Shown: positions 39,127-56,024, numbered from the whole stretch's first letter. The stretch: 62,573 nucleotides of DNA, filler included, from Collodictyon triciliatum (GCA_043381765.1; 4 parts of 4 records of this genome joined end to end with filler, not necessarily neighbours in it), one strand, 5' to 3'. Numbers and translations: made by a program. The notes: generated from the letters alone by a model not told the origin.

Positions 39127-40129
39127 CTATTTGAGCTGTATACACTTTCGTATGAAGAAATTGCCATGTGTACAGATTTAAAAAAATGAATCCACATATA
39201 AACGGTATATTCTTACTTGAATCGCATCTCCACTCCCCGCAAAGTACTCATCCAGTTGAGCCTCGAGATTTTCCTTGGCCGCCACAGACACATGTCCCAG
39301 ATACCTGTCTAATTGTTGGTTAAGCGTTTCTTGGTCAACCTCGCGATTTCTTCCATCACGACGGCCCTGTCCTTTGCGGTGTGCTGTGTTATGATTGCCA
39401 CGATCATATCCTCCCCTCGCATTTGGCCCACGTCCTCTTCCGCGGTTGCCTTGACCTCGACCATTCGCCCTTTCCGGCCTCACATCACTGACCCCTGTAT
39501 TTGTGGCTGCAGTTCCTATCTGGATGATTGCTTGTCCCTGTGATACGCGGGCGGGCACCTCTTCATAGTCGTCATAATCGCTGCTTCGAGCTACGCCCAC
39601 AGGGAACCGAATCCCACCCGAAGTCCCAGAATTTGACGCGAGGTTTGGCTGCGTTGTGTGCAGATTGGCATTATTCAGATGTGGCTTTAATATATCATGC
39701 AATTAAGAAGTGGGGTTGGATGGTATCTGGAATTCAGGGATCTTAGATGCTGTAACTATCGCTGTTGTTGTCGCCTTTTTTTAAAATATCATTTGATGAT
39801 TACGACAGCTGGATATTCCAACTCTTTTTCTGCAGAGTCGTAAAGATCCAGCCCGACTTCAAATTGAGTTAAAAAAAAAGAAGGAAATGTTGTGTGATTC
39901 ATGGTTTTGAGGTATATTAGCTTTTGCTTACAATCAAGTCGCTGCTTGGTACAGGGATGGAGCGTGTTGCCTGCGAATTGTGTTGCTTAGGATGTATTTA
40001 TCATAATGACTCTTCGACATGCTAAGGATGGAGAGGTGTGTGGTAGAATGGGACTGATGTGAATGATCATTGAAGCGCGAGAGTTACTGTGTTTTTGAAG
40101 ATCGGACGTCGCTGGATGGAGCCTGACAT
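39127..40129 (-). CDS. Chtop/FoP-like RG-rich mRNA-export adaptor
   Basis: Four-exon model MSGSIQRRP...; RG/RGG-rich segment followed by duplicated LNQQLDRYL / LEAQLDEYF motifs typical of the FoP C-terminal duplication (UAP56-binding type). Confidence 0.65.
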
Positions 40130-40630
40130 TCTGTACAGTAAAAGAAACGGTGATCGGCAGCGCGAACGTGAAAGATATGAACGAGCATGAGTGTTTGGAA
40201 GGCTGCTTTGTTAACTCTGATATGAGCCTCTCAAAGAGTGTGTGAATAGCTGAGGCTATGACCTGTCCGCTATGCTCTTTCTTTTTCTCTTTTTCTCTTT
40301 TTCTCTTTTCTTTTTGCAATATTGTCTTCTGCTTCTGTGCACAGCCTCGCCTGGCGAAGGCGGAAGTCATACAAGCGAGAACCCAATTCCGTAGAGTCCA
40401 AACAGCTCCTCCTTCATGCTTTGATCGGTTTAGGCCACACCGCCGATCATGGCTCTCTTCCGCTCATCTTCCAATCGGGGCGATACAATATACCCACACG
40501 CTTTGTTATCTGGCTCTTCCGCAACAAAGGTAATCGGTTAGGGAGAGAAAGTTAGCCTTGGTTTTTCTTTTCATTATTGTTTTTGTTTTTTTACTCGAAT
40601 AGGCCTTCACAGTTTTTATTCGTGGCAAGT

Positions 40631-41825
40631 TTAGACAGAGAAGACATAAGCCTGGGGCTGGATGTTTGTGACATTGGCGGCAGCGAGGTTGGTGATGACG
40701 AAGGAGGAGGCGGGGCTCTCCGGGACACGCTTGGTGTTGGGGATGGGCTCTAAGAAGGTCCGAACAGCAAGTAAGAAGCGAGGCAATTCGAAAGGAATGG
40801 AACAAACAGCAGAGACGAAAGGGAGGTTGGTTCAGACACCAGTGGAAAAGAGACGGTGAGTGTTGGTTGTGGGGCGGAAAGGAGGCGAAGCTGAGTGAGA
40901 CTTGGCGGGTGAGGAAGCGAGGGACAGGGAGACTATAAAGTTTGAGGGATTCGATGTGTGGAAGGGAGTTCTTACGGCCAGCCTTCTTGGCCTCCTGCTT
41001 GAGTTTGTCGGTCTCACGGATGCGGGCAACGAAAGCCTCGCGGGAGTTGGACTTCTTGACGTGCTCAATGCGGACGTGGATGCGCTTCTTGAGGATGCGG
41101 TTTCCGACGGTCTACACAATCATTCGAGGGTGAGAGAGCGCCACATAGCAAGGCACACAGGAAAATGAGTGAGGCTCTCGGCAGTTTGCAAGGCAGGTTG
41201 AATGTTGTATGGGAAGAAGCGCTTGTTGACAAGGCAAGATGGAAACATTTGTTTCTGCATCCGTGCAAGAGCTGTTTGGTCTTTCCTAAGGACACACGGG
41301 AAGAGAGGAAGTGGAAGGGACATACCTTGTTGATCTCAACACCGACAGCGCGCTTGGTGACGTCCCACACGCGACCAGTGCGGCCGTGGTAGAACTTGTG
41401 GGGCATACCACGGTGGACAGCTCCGTCAGCCTTCACATCGACGATGTCGCCGACCTAAGCAAGTTCAGGTGGAAGTAAGCAAATCGCGATTCTTTGCAAG
41501 AGAAAAAAAAAAGAAAAGAAAAAGGGAAAGGGAAGAAAAGAGAAAAAAAGAAAAAAAAGAAAAGATAAAGGGAAAGGGAGCTGTATGTTGCTATGCTTAA
41601 CGCGAAGGATACCAAAGGGACCAGTGAGTTGGTTCTATATGACTCAGTGTCAGAGTAGAGGCTGGAGCCCTGCTACTCTTGAGTGTGGAAGTGCGTGTGT
41701 GGTTTAGTAGGAGGCGGTACCTTGAAGTTGGTGAGGTAGGTGGACAGGTGGACGGAACCATGGCGGCGGAAGGGACGCGAGAACAGGTAGCGGGTGCGTG
41801 CGCGGTAACCGAAAGAGTGCGGCAT
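40631..41825 (-). CDS. RPL21: 60S ribosomal protein eL21 (exons 41825-41721, 41454-41326, 41111-40976, 40749-40631)
   Basis: [20 protein letters not shown]..., [22 protein letters not shown] and [10 protein letters not shown]; a probable 5'UTR intron at about 42265-41827. Confidence 0.97.
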
Positions 41826-42929
41826 TCTGTATACTGATGTTTGGTGGAGTTATCCGGGTTAGAGGCACACAAAAGACACGATTTGTAGAGAAAAAATGGT
41901 TGCAGAGAAAGAGTAGGAACAGTGGGAAAGGCACTCTGTAAGGTTGGGGCCAGGAAGTTGTTCTTCTGACTATCTGACTTTCAGAGGAGGCTCTGGACAA
42001 CGGAGTTTGAATGAGCAAATGGAGTGTAAAAAAAGGGCTGAAAGGTGGGGTATTGTCTGATAGAAGGTGAACCTTGCAGAGTGAGCGAAAGTTTGTGAGG
42101 TAAGGTCGAAACAAAGGACAAAAAAAAAAGAAAAAAGGCAGAGGCGTGGTTTAAAGTAGCCGAGCCGAACAACTTGCAAAAAGTGGGTTGTACTTGGAAG
42201 AGAGAGGCTTTTGTGCCGGTTTGTTTGCTGGCTGGGTTTTTCTTCTTTGTTTCTGGGCGGCTCACCTGTGAAGTGTTTGTCCTTCTGAAGGTGACCCCGG
42301 CGAGGAGAATCCGAGTGTTTTGGACGGGCGGAACAGGAAAGAGAATTTGTGGTTTAGCGGATGAATCAGAATCATGGGAGGCGAAATAAACCTGCAGAGC
42401 ACAGAGAAATAAAAAAAAAAATAATGGGCGGAAAGGGCAGAGGTTTGTTGGTGTGGGTGTGCGCACCATCGCAGGGGACAGAATTGTTCTGTGTTGGGTT
42501 TGTGTTGGATATTGGATTTACTGGGGACAATATTTCGAAAGCTTTCTTTCGCCTATTGGCCAATTCAATACAATATTTCAATAGAAATAGTACATATTAG
42601 GATTATTTTATTGTATATTCATTACTATAGTCCAATTTAGGTTATTTTTCGGTTAGCAAGATTTAATGCGTTGTTTGAAATTGTGCAAATTTTTATTCTC
42701 ATTTCGACCTTCTTCATAGAAAATGGTGTGAAAGATTGAAATAAGGGTTTAACCACATCACAATTCAAAGAAAATGCCTATAAGCATATGAATACCTAAT
42801 GTAATATAATTTATATTATATATGATAAATACGTATTATTCAGATTGTTAGTAGCTATTATAGTCTATCTAAAATATCTATACTGTATATTCCAAAAATA
42901 TTTATGCCTTTTACGGGAAGTGAGAAATC

Positions 42930-43480
42930 CTTGCCCAGGGTATTGTGCGCCTTGGTATCTGCCAACGCAAACCTCAAAGAAACAGGAAATGGTTGCGACT
43001 TTGGTTGATTCGCAGTGTGAGATAAAGCCTTACAAAGCAGAAAAGCGTGCGTGGGAGAGAGAAAATGCGAGTAGGAAACTCTACTGTGGAGAGGCTAGCA
43101 CTGGAGATGAAATCGGTGATAGCGAGTTGGTCAGGCGCGCGACCCAACTGGTTGATTGGTTGCGTTGGTAGCAGGGGTTGGATGTGCTGTGGGAGATATC
43201 GCACGACACATTCCCACATCTCTCTTCGCTTGCGGTCAGAGTAGCAAAGAATGCGTTTGTGTTTCATCAAGCTGTTCAGGAAGCTTTATTGCACGAGGCT
43301 CTCAAGCCTCGATACATTGATTTCTCGTTCGGGTGAATCATTAAAGCGAAAGAATGCACGCGCACTCCATAAGGACCACAGCTTATGTCCCCTTGTGACT
43401 GTCCAGAGTATCCTAGATTCGTGGGTCATTTGGTATTGTGGGCCAAACAGAATGTCGGACGCACTGAGTCAGCTGTGTGT
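42930..43480 (+). pseudogene. Degenerate tyrosine-recombinase-like relic (DIRS/Crypton-type?)
   Basis: GC-richer island in very AT-rich flanks. The frameshifted pieces LR..LCFI..K...LSSLDTLISR and MHAHSIRTTA (HxxR, 43363-43374) carry stops. Confidence 0.3.
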
Positions 43481-43898
43481 CAAAGAGTCCACGCAAAGAG
43501 CATAATACCATATATGGATTTTATATGCGATGACTCAAATTGAACACAAATAATTACTAAAACAATACGAATATAGAATATTTAATTAATATATATATTT
43601 ATACAATAAATTAAATACTAAATTATGAATGTTTGAATCCCGATCTTATATTAAATTTGTTGAAGTATTTGTTTCTTCCCGATCGCCGTGGCTTTGTCTC
43701 GCAGTGTTTTCAGCCCGCTGGAATCACAACCAAAGCAGCAAAATCAACAGACTCAAAGAAGACACCTTAAACAGAGAAAACAAAAGACTCTAGCTGATCA
43801 GATGGCTTTACAATCAGCCATGGCCAAAGTGCCGGTGGCTCTGACATTATTCTAACTGCCTACGAAAGACTCTGGGGCGACTGATCCCGAGTCGGGTG

Positions 43899-43998
43899 NN
43901 NNNNNNNNNNNNNNNNNNNNNNNNNNNNNNNNNNNNNNNNNNTTAATTAATTAANNNNNNNNNNNNNNNNNNNNNNNNNNNNNNNNNNNNNNNNNNNN
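43899..43998. other. Artificial scaffold linker N44-TTAATTAATTAA-N44
   Basis: Same construct as at 21901. Confidence 0.97.
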
Positions 43999-44459
43999 TT
44001 GTTTTTTGTTTTTTGTTTTTTGTTTTTTGTTTTTTTTTGTTTTTTTGTTTTTTTGTTTTTTGTTTTGTTATTTCCACTGCGTGCATATATGGGACTACAT
44101 GTTTGCCTTCGGTTTACAATTTTCTATCTAGCACAGACTTCTTTTGCTGTCTGCAAGAACCCTACGAGGGAGGGTGGCATTATGCTGATGCTTTATGTTG
44201 GATGTGTCGATTTGTGCCTTGCCCCTCGGTTTCTGGTTCGCTTCACCCAACACATGGTTTATGCCCAGAACAGGTTACCGATAAATCCCGCGACACACCA
44301 TTTCCAACTTTTTCTCTTTACGTGTATTTTCTTCGAATAGATTGCAATCGATTGATTTGTTTGTGTATGGCCTGTCCGATTAAATTCAAAAACGGTAGGT
44401 GCTCGTTGTATAAGGGCAAAGATTACTGTGCCGATTATATTCCCCAGATATTTAAGTGA

Positions 44460-45777
<1,318 letters not shown>

Positions 45778-46006
45778 AAATGGACTAAAGAAGATTCCAT
45801 GGAAAAAAATCATCGCAAGTCGCCTCGGATCATCACTGATATTATCCTTGAATAAAATAGCGATGGCATTGGCAAATACAGCAAACAAGTAAGCGGCTTG
45901 ACAGCGTATAAAAGACCCATGAAAACAAGAACGGCTTGAGGAGCTAAATACAAATGACTAAATATTAGTGTTTATGTTAAATACTTGTTACTACAACCCA
46001 AGGAAA

Positions 46007-46078
46007 TCCGATATGGTGTAGTCGGTAGCACATGTGGCTTTCACCCACACAACCCGGGTTCGATTCCCGGTATCGGAA
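46007..46078 (+). tRNA. tRNA-Glu (anticodon UUC), intronless
   Basis: Acceptor TCCGATA/TATCGGA, anticodon arm TGTGG-CTTTCAC-CCACA, T arm CCGGG-TTCGATT-CCCGG. Confidence 0.97.
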
Positions 46079-46085
46079 TTTTTTT
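46079..46085 (+). terminator. RNA polymerase III oligo(T) terminator
   Basis: T7 run immediately after the tRNA 3' end. Confidence 0.8.
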
Positions 46086-46657
46086 GCACTTTCCAACACA
46101 CCGCGTGCATCTGTCTTTCGGTCAGGTGGCGGCTTTGCCTGTCTTTTGCTTTTTTCCCTCGGTAGAATTAACTCTAATGCGCTGTCTTTTTTTTTTTCCT
46201 ATTCCCTCCTTCTCTGTTCTTCTTCGGTAGAGCACACAGCCGCTGCAAAAGAATTGGAATCTATATTCTCCAGATTAATATGGAAACTGAATTCCGAATC
46301 TCGTGACATGACGGAGTGAGTCAGCCGCTTCGCAACCGCGTTTGGCAGGGCTCAGAGCCCACGGAAAAAAGGAATAGGCGACGAAGGCCGTAGGAACGCA
46401 GCAGAAAGACTACAGGACAATTGTAAAGGCAAAGCAAGAAATAAAATCTGCTCTCAATAACATTTTCCAAACCCACCACCCACACAATATCTGCGCACGA
46501 GCTGAAAAAAAAAAACGTGACAGAGGCAGACAAGGAGAGGACGTCTGTGTTGATTGTTTTAATGACACAGTTCACACACACACAAAGCGCGGCTGTGCGG
46601 CGGGTTCATTTCGCGCAGTAATCTACAAACACCGCCACTGCTTTGAAGAGCATAGCC

Positions 46658-49600
46658 ATGGTTGCTGTTTGGTCGAGCCTGCGTTGGATTAGCCAGTCCA
46701 AGTGGAGAATAGCTGCTGCGATGTACATCGTTTATCGTGTTCTGCGGAGGGTGATCTTCTTGATCAAGTGAGCACACGGCAGAGAGCAGCTTTGCTTGCT
46801 TTTCGGCCTCTTTTCTTATCCGTGTGATTCTGTCTGTGTTATGTGTGGTTTCTTTCCATAACCGAGGCGTTTCACGCAGGTATCGAGGCAAGAAAATGGC
46901 TCCCAGGCTTCCGTATCACTTGCCTTTTTCTTTGGATGGACTTGTCCATGGAATCATGTTCTATGCTGATAAATACAAATCGCGCTCTGGTTCCACTTAG
47001 TTTTTTTTTTTTATAGTTTTTTTTTGTTTTTATCCCAGTTTGATTCTTCTTTTTTATTTGGATATTCCTATCCAAAAGGAACTTTCGACAGCCCTTAGAA
47101 AACATGGAGAGATTCCGAAAGAGACTTGGGAATACATTTAGATATGGAACTCTTGGTAGAAAGGAAATCGCAGTCTTTGATCCGGACTCCATTCAGCATT
47201 TTCTGGCAAAGAATTGGGAGAATTACGAGAAAGGACCCGGATTTCGGTACCAATTATCATTTCAAGAAATTTTTAATCATAATAATATAAGGCAAATATT
47301 TCCTTGCCATCATTCCCCTTCTTTATCTATAACAAAAATTGTACCGATGAACTTATCCAGCATTTTTTTTTCTTGCCACAGTCTCGCATTTAATCCCTTG
47401 TTTGGACAAGGAATCTTCAACGTGAACGGGTTTGCCAATTGTTACTGCAGGGACTGGCGGCTTTTTTTTTCTTTCTTCGGAACTTATCCAATGGGATTGG
47501 TGTTAATCAAATGAAATTCTGCAGGGATGATTGGAAAAAGCACAGGGCAACAGCACGCCCCCATTTCGCTAAAGTCTGACACGATTAATTAATCCGTATA
47601 CAAAGACACGTGCCTTCTTTCCACAGCTTGTACATATCATTGGTCGATTGATATGCAAATAAAAAAATGTATATACATTAATAGGTCGAATTGAGTCACA
47701 TGGTCCCGACCTTTATTGAGCATGGAAAATATCTTTTAGAAAGACTGGAAAAATCCTCTCTAACAGGGAAGCCCGTGGATCTTCAAGACATTTTCTTTAG
47801 GTATGTATGTGTTTTGCTTCTTTTTTCCCTTTATTCGATTCAAAGATGTGTTTTGCTTCTTCATATAATTAAAATACACTCCAAGCAATTGACCCTCACA
47901 AATAATTACTAAAATTTTATTTCCATTTTGTGCTTCTCTTTCTTCTCTTGTCTCCATCATATCACTTACGCTTAGATTTACCTTGGACAGCGTCGGAAAT
48001 ATCTTATTTGGACACAACATTAACTCTCTCAATCACGAGTCTGATTTTGCTTCCCATTTTGACTACGCCCAGACTTATACAGGATGGAGGTTTCTGATTC
48101 AGCCATTATGGAAATACTTTCCAAACGCTAGATATGAAAGCAGCATTCGATACCTGAATGAGTTTGTAGAAAAGGTTTATTTTTATTTGCGTACAGGATA
48201 GCTTAGTATACTCGTAAATACATAAATCAGCTTAATTAATTTATTTTGCCACACTATTACCTCTATATAATTCTGCGTTCATGCATTACATAAGGTTATC
48301 GAAGAGTGTGAAAATGACCCCAATTTCCACGAAAGGTCCGACCTTTTGGCAGAGTACATGAGGGGAGACCCTAAACCATCGAGGTATATTATTTCATGAG
48401 GTGCCTTTATGTTGCATTGTAAAAATCGAAAACAATTACATAATTGCAGGGTAGTATTTTACTCAGACCCTAAGACATCATTGCTTCATTATATTCCATA
48501 TCAAAACTAAACAACTCCATACAACGTGTAGAGAATACCTCAAGGACATGCTCAAGAACATGCTTATTGCTGGACGAGACACGACCGCTGTATTGTTGAC
48601 ATGGTTATTCTATGAGTTAAGTCAGAATCCTGCCGTATTAGAGAGGGTTATAGATGAAATTGAAACCGTGGTTGGAGATGGGATTCCCACACAAGCACAA
48701 TTGGACAGTATGCGATATCTTAAGAACGTTTGTGGTTTTACGTGAATCAACCTTTCCTTAACTTCGTCAAAGCTCAATATGGAGACCAGTGCATCTTTAT
48801 TTCCAAGTGACTTTCCCCATGCAATCATATCTCATCTTATTTTCACCGCTATAATCGTGTTGCCAGGTTCTCAATGAAACGCTTCGACTGCACCCTTCTG
48901 TCCCAGTCGACGTGCGCACTGCAGTAGAAGATGATTATCTGCCAAATGGATTCTTTGTGGTAAGGGCATCCACTTTGTTATGTTTATCCTTCAAAAATAA
49001 TATATCCAAAGAGAAACTCGTTTGCTGCGCAAGGCGAGCGCTAATATAATCTTATTTTATTCTCACGGCGCTCTTTATATTTGTGTAGGAGAAGAACACC
49101 ACAGTCTTCTACTTTCCGTATCTCACTCACCGAATCCCGGAGTTTTGGGGAGCAGACAGCGGTGAGTCCTGTACCTCCTAATGAATTTTTAATATTTCGA
49201 TATATTTTGCCTTTTCGGTCTGTCCATTCGTGTTGCTTTTGCCAGAATGTAATTTTTGAGCTGCCCGAAGCGATCGATGATTTGGTGCATAATCCTCTCC
49301 TTTGAACATGCAGTCAACAATGTTGGCAAATCTGATATCGGTAAAATAGTTGCATCACTCTTGTGAGTGATTGCTGATTTCTTGCGATGTTGTAGAAAAG
49401 TTTGATCCGAATCGATGGGAGCAAGGCCGTATTCGCAGCGTACCTCCATTTGCTTTTGTTCCATTCCACGCAGGGTACTTGCTATTTATCGTATTGAGCT
49501 TCTAATACGGAGGGAATTTTGAATTTATCACTCAAACGCAGGCATCCAATAGTCTTTTCTTTTCTTTTTGTCAAGTCATGTGTTAATGTTTCGAGCATTT

Positions 49601-49955
49601 TTAGCTTGATAATTTACTGTTTTTTTTTTTGGAATAAAATGAAATGATGATCAGTTTTCTCAAAACGAATGCCTAATTGATTTACTATGTTGACTCTGTG
49701 GATTTTGTGGGTGAACAAACACACAGCCCACGCATCTGTCTAGGTCAAAACATGGCCTACACAGAAGCCAAGATTGCAGCGATTATGGTCCTGCAGAGGT
49801 TCCGCCTTTCACTCGTACCGAGATTCCAGCCTCGTTATCGTGGCGTGATTATTCTAATGTCAGAGAACGGAATGATGATGAATGTACAACGCGCACGTCG
49901 AAGCCCGATGCAAGAGCCCACCGCACGAAGCGACACACGGCTTGGCACGTCATAA
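46658..49955 (+). CDS. Cytochrome P450, CYP52/CYP704-like (putative fatty acid/alkane omega-hydroxylase), many exons
   Basis: GQGIFNVNGDDWKKHR, DLQDIFFRFTLD, I-helix AGRDTT, K-helix ETLRLHP, FDPNRW and heme motif FHAGPRICLG; phases verified. Confidence 0.93.
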
Positions 49956-50367
49956 ATCCTGTTCTTGAATGACAGCAGACATGTGTGATGACAAGTGGAT
50001 GCCCCTGATGTCATGTCGATTTTCTGCCAAAAGAGAAGGGTTTTTGAAGGTCATCATATTGCAGAGAAATATGATTCCCTTTTCTCATCTCTCTGATGAA
50101 TTCGCTGTGAGTTGGTGACATATCGATTCGAGAGAAACAGATTGGTACATATGAGATTTTTATGGCATACAAACTTGGCAATGTGTGAAAGTGAGGAAAA
50201 TGAAATAAAAATTCCCAGTGCTTTCGGGGTCTTAAAGAGGGAGAAAAAAGAAGTTCCGATTGGCTTGCAGCTATCAAAGGATATTGAGCTTCATCATAGT
50301 GCCTTCATCTCGAGTGACGTGATGCTGTCTGAAGGAGTGGAATTCCGTCTATTTCATAGCACCGCAC

Positions 50368-52470
<2,103 letters not shown>

Positions 52471-53341
52471 TATGTGTCTTTTCTCTCACCCCTCCTGCAA
52501 GCTCGAAGGGCGCTTGGCTATAGAATCGGTGCTCTGCTTGATTACTTTTATTTATACCTGCCCGTTTTTCGTTTGTAAATGATATGCGCAGCCCCTTTTG
52601 TTGCCTTCTCTGCGTAAACGGCTCTTCACTGCGTGTGTTTCTCAGCCACAATCGCGACAAGCAAGCAGCCGCGTTTGATTCTAAAATATCCTTGTTTCTG
52701 TTTCACCTTCTGTGTATCTTTTATCTTTTTTCCTTTTCTCGTTTTCTGCGCGGCGATATCACTTTTGGAGAATCGAACATCTCACTCAACTTTCTTTTTT
52801 CAGTTTATTTTCTGCTGCACCACGAATTCCCTCTTTTTCACATATCGATTGAGGACTTCGATTTGACACTTTGCGTTTTTTCTGTTGCCTTCTCGCACGT
52901 TTACTATTGGCGGTTTTGTTTCGTCCAACTAGAGTCCCACACCACTCTTTCCTTTTTTCCTTTTTTTCTTTCCATTTCTTTTCTCTCCTTCTCTCTTTCT
53001 TTCATCCTTTGGACACTTTTTTGTGTGCCTCATGACTGCGGTTGTTGTGACTGTGACGCGGAAACAAACAAGTCCCACAATATGGCAGATGATGTTGCCG
53101 ACCACCAAAGAATCTCACCAGAATACACGCGGGATAATCACCTTCTTGGTTTCTTTTTCGTGGTTGGCACGAAACCCTAAGCCGCTAAAACAAAAAACAA
53201 AAAACAAAAAACAAAAAACAAAAAACAAAAAACAAAAACGTAATATAGAAAAAGCATATCATAAAAAGCATGATAAGTAGCTTTTTTTTTAAAAAAAAAC
53301 AAAACAAAAACAACAACAACAACCTTCAAGTCCTACTCCCC

Positions 53342-55725
53342 ATGAGCCGTGGTGCCAGAGACCGCATTGTGACCTGCCTTTCCGCCGACTTGGCTCTGTT
53401 CCTGTTCGTTGTGTTGGTTGGTTCATTTGCGGGTTGTGCTCCCATCGCAGACGATGCCGCTGGGTTTGCTTCACTCCGCGCAGACTCCTCCGACTTTGGC
53501 CGTCTCGAGTCTGTCACGCTCCAATCAACCGGTGTTCCTATTGCAGCCATGTACGATCCGGTCTCACAACGCGTGCTTTTCGTGTCGGAAGCGGCGGGTG
53601 TGGATTCCGGAATATATGCGATGGAGGCTGACCGACTGAATGCTACGCTCGCATTTTATCGGCTACCAATAGAAAATCCCATGTGTGCGGGAGTGATTCA
53701 ACAGTATGGTAATAGCATGTCCTTTTCTATTTATCATAGGATAAAAAAAAACATATATATATATCGATTAAGTTTCCAAGTCTTTACTGTATGCAATATA
53801 TACGATTATTTTTTTTATTCTTGCACATCATATCATGTCATGCCATTACTCGTTTGATTTTTTTTAATCGTATCTACGGTGGGTAATATTAGATTTTTCA
53901 GACTCTGGCGTGATAAAGGCGTTGCGAGGAGTTTATTTGGCGACATCATCGACTGGGACAATTAGCGAAGCCCGGGTCTGTATGATATAAATAATAAAGC
54001 AAATACATTCTTTTTCTCGCACGGAATGTTGTTGCATACATTTTTCAAAAAAAATTTTTAAAAAATAAATAAATAAATAGCTGTTCAGGGTGAATCCAGC
54101 AACCCTCACTATCGAGGCGAAGATCGATACGCAGCTGCCAACAGGAAAACTGAGCCTTGTATTGAACACAAACAAACATCTTTATATGGCTTCACGCTCA
54201 CAACCCAATACGTTCTATGAGATTGACATTTCTGAAAACTTTGTAATCCAACGCATCCTCCCAACCACGTACAATTACACACCAACCTCCGGATTCGTCG
54301 ACAAGTCTTCGACATTCCTCTATTTCGTGTCCAATTCGACAGCATTTTCGAATATTGTGCGCATCAATACAACTTCTTTCCAAGAACAGGGACGCTTAAA
54401 CATTCCCCCGATGAAAGGAAGAACAAACTCAGTAATGTATGACCCAGTAAATGAATTCATATACATGCCGATAAATACTCGCACGTCAGGCTTGGGGGTG
54501 GTCTCTTTGAAAAATTTCACTTTTTTGCCTGACTATCAACTTGATGGCGATGAACAGTTCCTGACAACTTCTATCTATGACCACCGAACATCATTTGGAT
54601 TTTTTGGGTGTGTTTCTCTTATGAGGGAATCCGTATGACATGAAAATATTTTTTTAAAAATACTGACAAAGTTGCTTTTCTTTTCCATATAAAAAAAACT
54701 GTCATATATACTTCGTGATAATAAGAATGACCGACTAATGCGATATACGCATACCCGTCAAATCAGGTCAAATACAGGCCCGTCATGGATCTACTGGGTT
54801 GACTTTGAGAATCCGATTCCTTCCTTTGTTGATAAGCTGAATCTAAATGTCTTTGAGGATTACACCGTCTCTGTCGTGATTGATTCTCAAAGAAGCATCG
54901 CTGTTTGGGGTTGTCAAGGTTATCTAGACGACCCATCGAAAGGGCTTTTCCCCGTGCTTGTGAGCGTCAAAATACCTTCAGGTTCTTTTCAAATATAACA
55001 TTTGCTTTGGTAATCAACTGAAGCGAAAGATGCCATCAGAAAATTTACGCATATTTATTCCGTATGAAATCTATTAAAACCAACAGCATTCCTTCCGATT
55101 CAACGTAAAAGGTCTTGTGTCCCCTACTCCGATCGTCCCCGACGGTGATGAGTCATCCTCAGACCCTTCTGTGCCACTCCCAATTTTCGTGGCAGCATTG
55201 TTTGTCTCTGTGGGCGGTGTTGCTCTTCTTGCAGTGGTTTATTACAAGAAAAAAGGGCAGTCAACTACAAAAGGATATGCACCTGTTAAAGGTTTTCGCC
55301 GTTATCTAAATATAGGCTCTCGGAGTACATATATTGAAATGCTTTTCCTTCATTCTTTTTGTTGCAAATTTTTTTAGTGGTTCTTTATCTTCTAATTCCG
55401 ACGTTCCATACGAGTCCTTCTCTATTTAAATGTCTTTATAAACAAAAATAATCACGTATACTTGATTCGCTGGGTTTTTTCTTACTCAAAAATATCAAAA
55501 TGCAGACAGGTCGAGAGAAAATGCCTTGGATGTCGACCCGAATGTCAAAGTGATAGACTATGAAGAAATTGAGGTTGGTGAATGCATAGGGATGGGAGGC
55601 ATGGGCCAAGTGCATCGGGCTGTATGGAATGGAACTGAGATTGCAGTTAAGAAACTCCACATGACCTATCAAAATCTTAGCTCTTCAGCATGCCAAGATA
55701 TATCTGATGAGATGCTTTTACACAG
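53342..55725 (+). CDS. Receptor-like TKL protein kinase (signal peptide, beta-rich ectodomain, one TM, kinase N-lobe); truncated by contig end
   Basis: Hydrophobic N-terminus, repeated YDP..beta-strand motifs, TM LPIFVAALFVSVGGVALLAVVYY-KKK, then IDYEEIEVGECIGMGGMGQVHRAVWNGTEIAVKKL. Confidence 0.85.
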
Positions 55726-55924
55726 GTGTGTGTTTCATTTAGCATGCAGTTTTGTTGATTTAGGTCTCGATAAATACATACGTCTATTTTTTGGTGTGTG
55801 AAATTATCAAGCCCCTGAAATGTTGATTACACCTTCTACAAAAAAAAAAAAAAAAATTCACAGACCCCTGAGGATCCCCTATACACTAAAAAACTTGGGC
55901 GAAACCGAATAAGGCTTAAATATT

Positions 55925-56024
55925 NNNNNNNNNNNNNNNNNNNNNNNNNNNNNNNNNNNNNNNNNNNNTTAATTAATTAANNNNNNNNNNNNNNNNNNNN
56001 NNNNNNNNNNNNNNNNNNNNNNNN
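55925..56024. other. Artificial scaffold linker N44-TTAATTAATTAA-N44
   Basis: Same construct as at 21901. Confidence 0.97.

Noticed and set aside
41112..41325. Second H/ACA-like candidate in an RPL21 intron
   Set aside because: Only short stems (CCGTG/CACGG) and very common box-like motifs; not distinguishable from chance.
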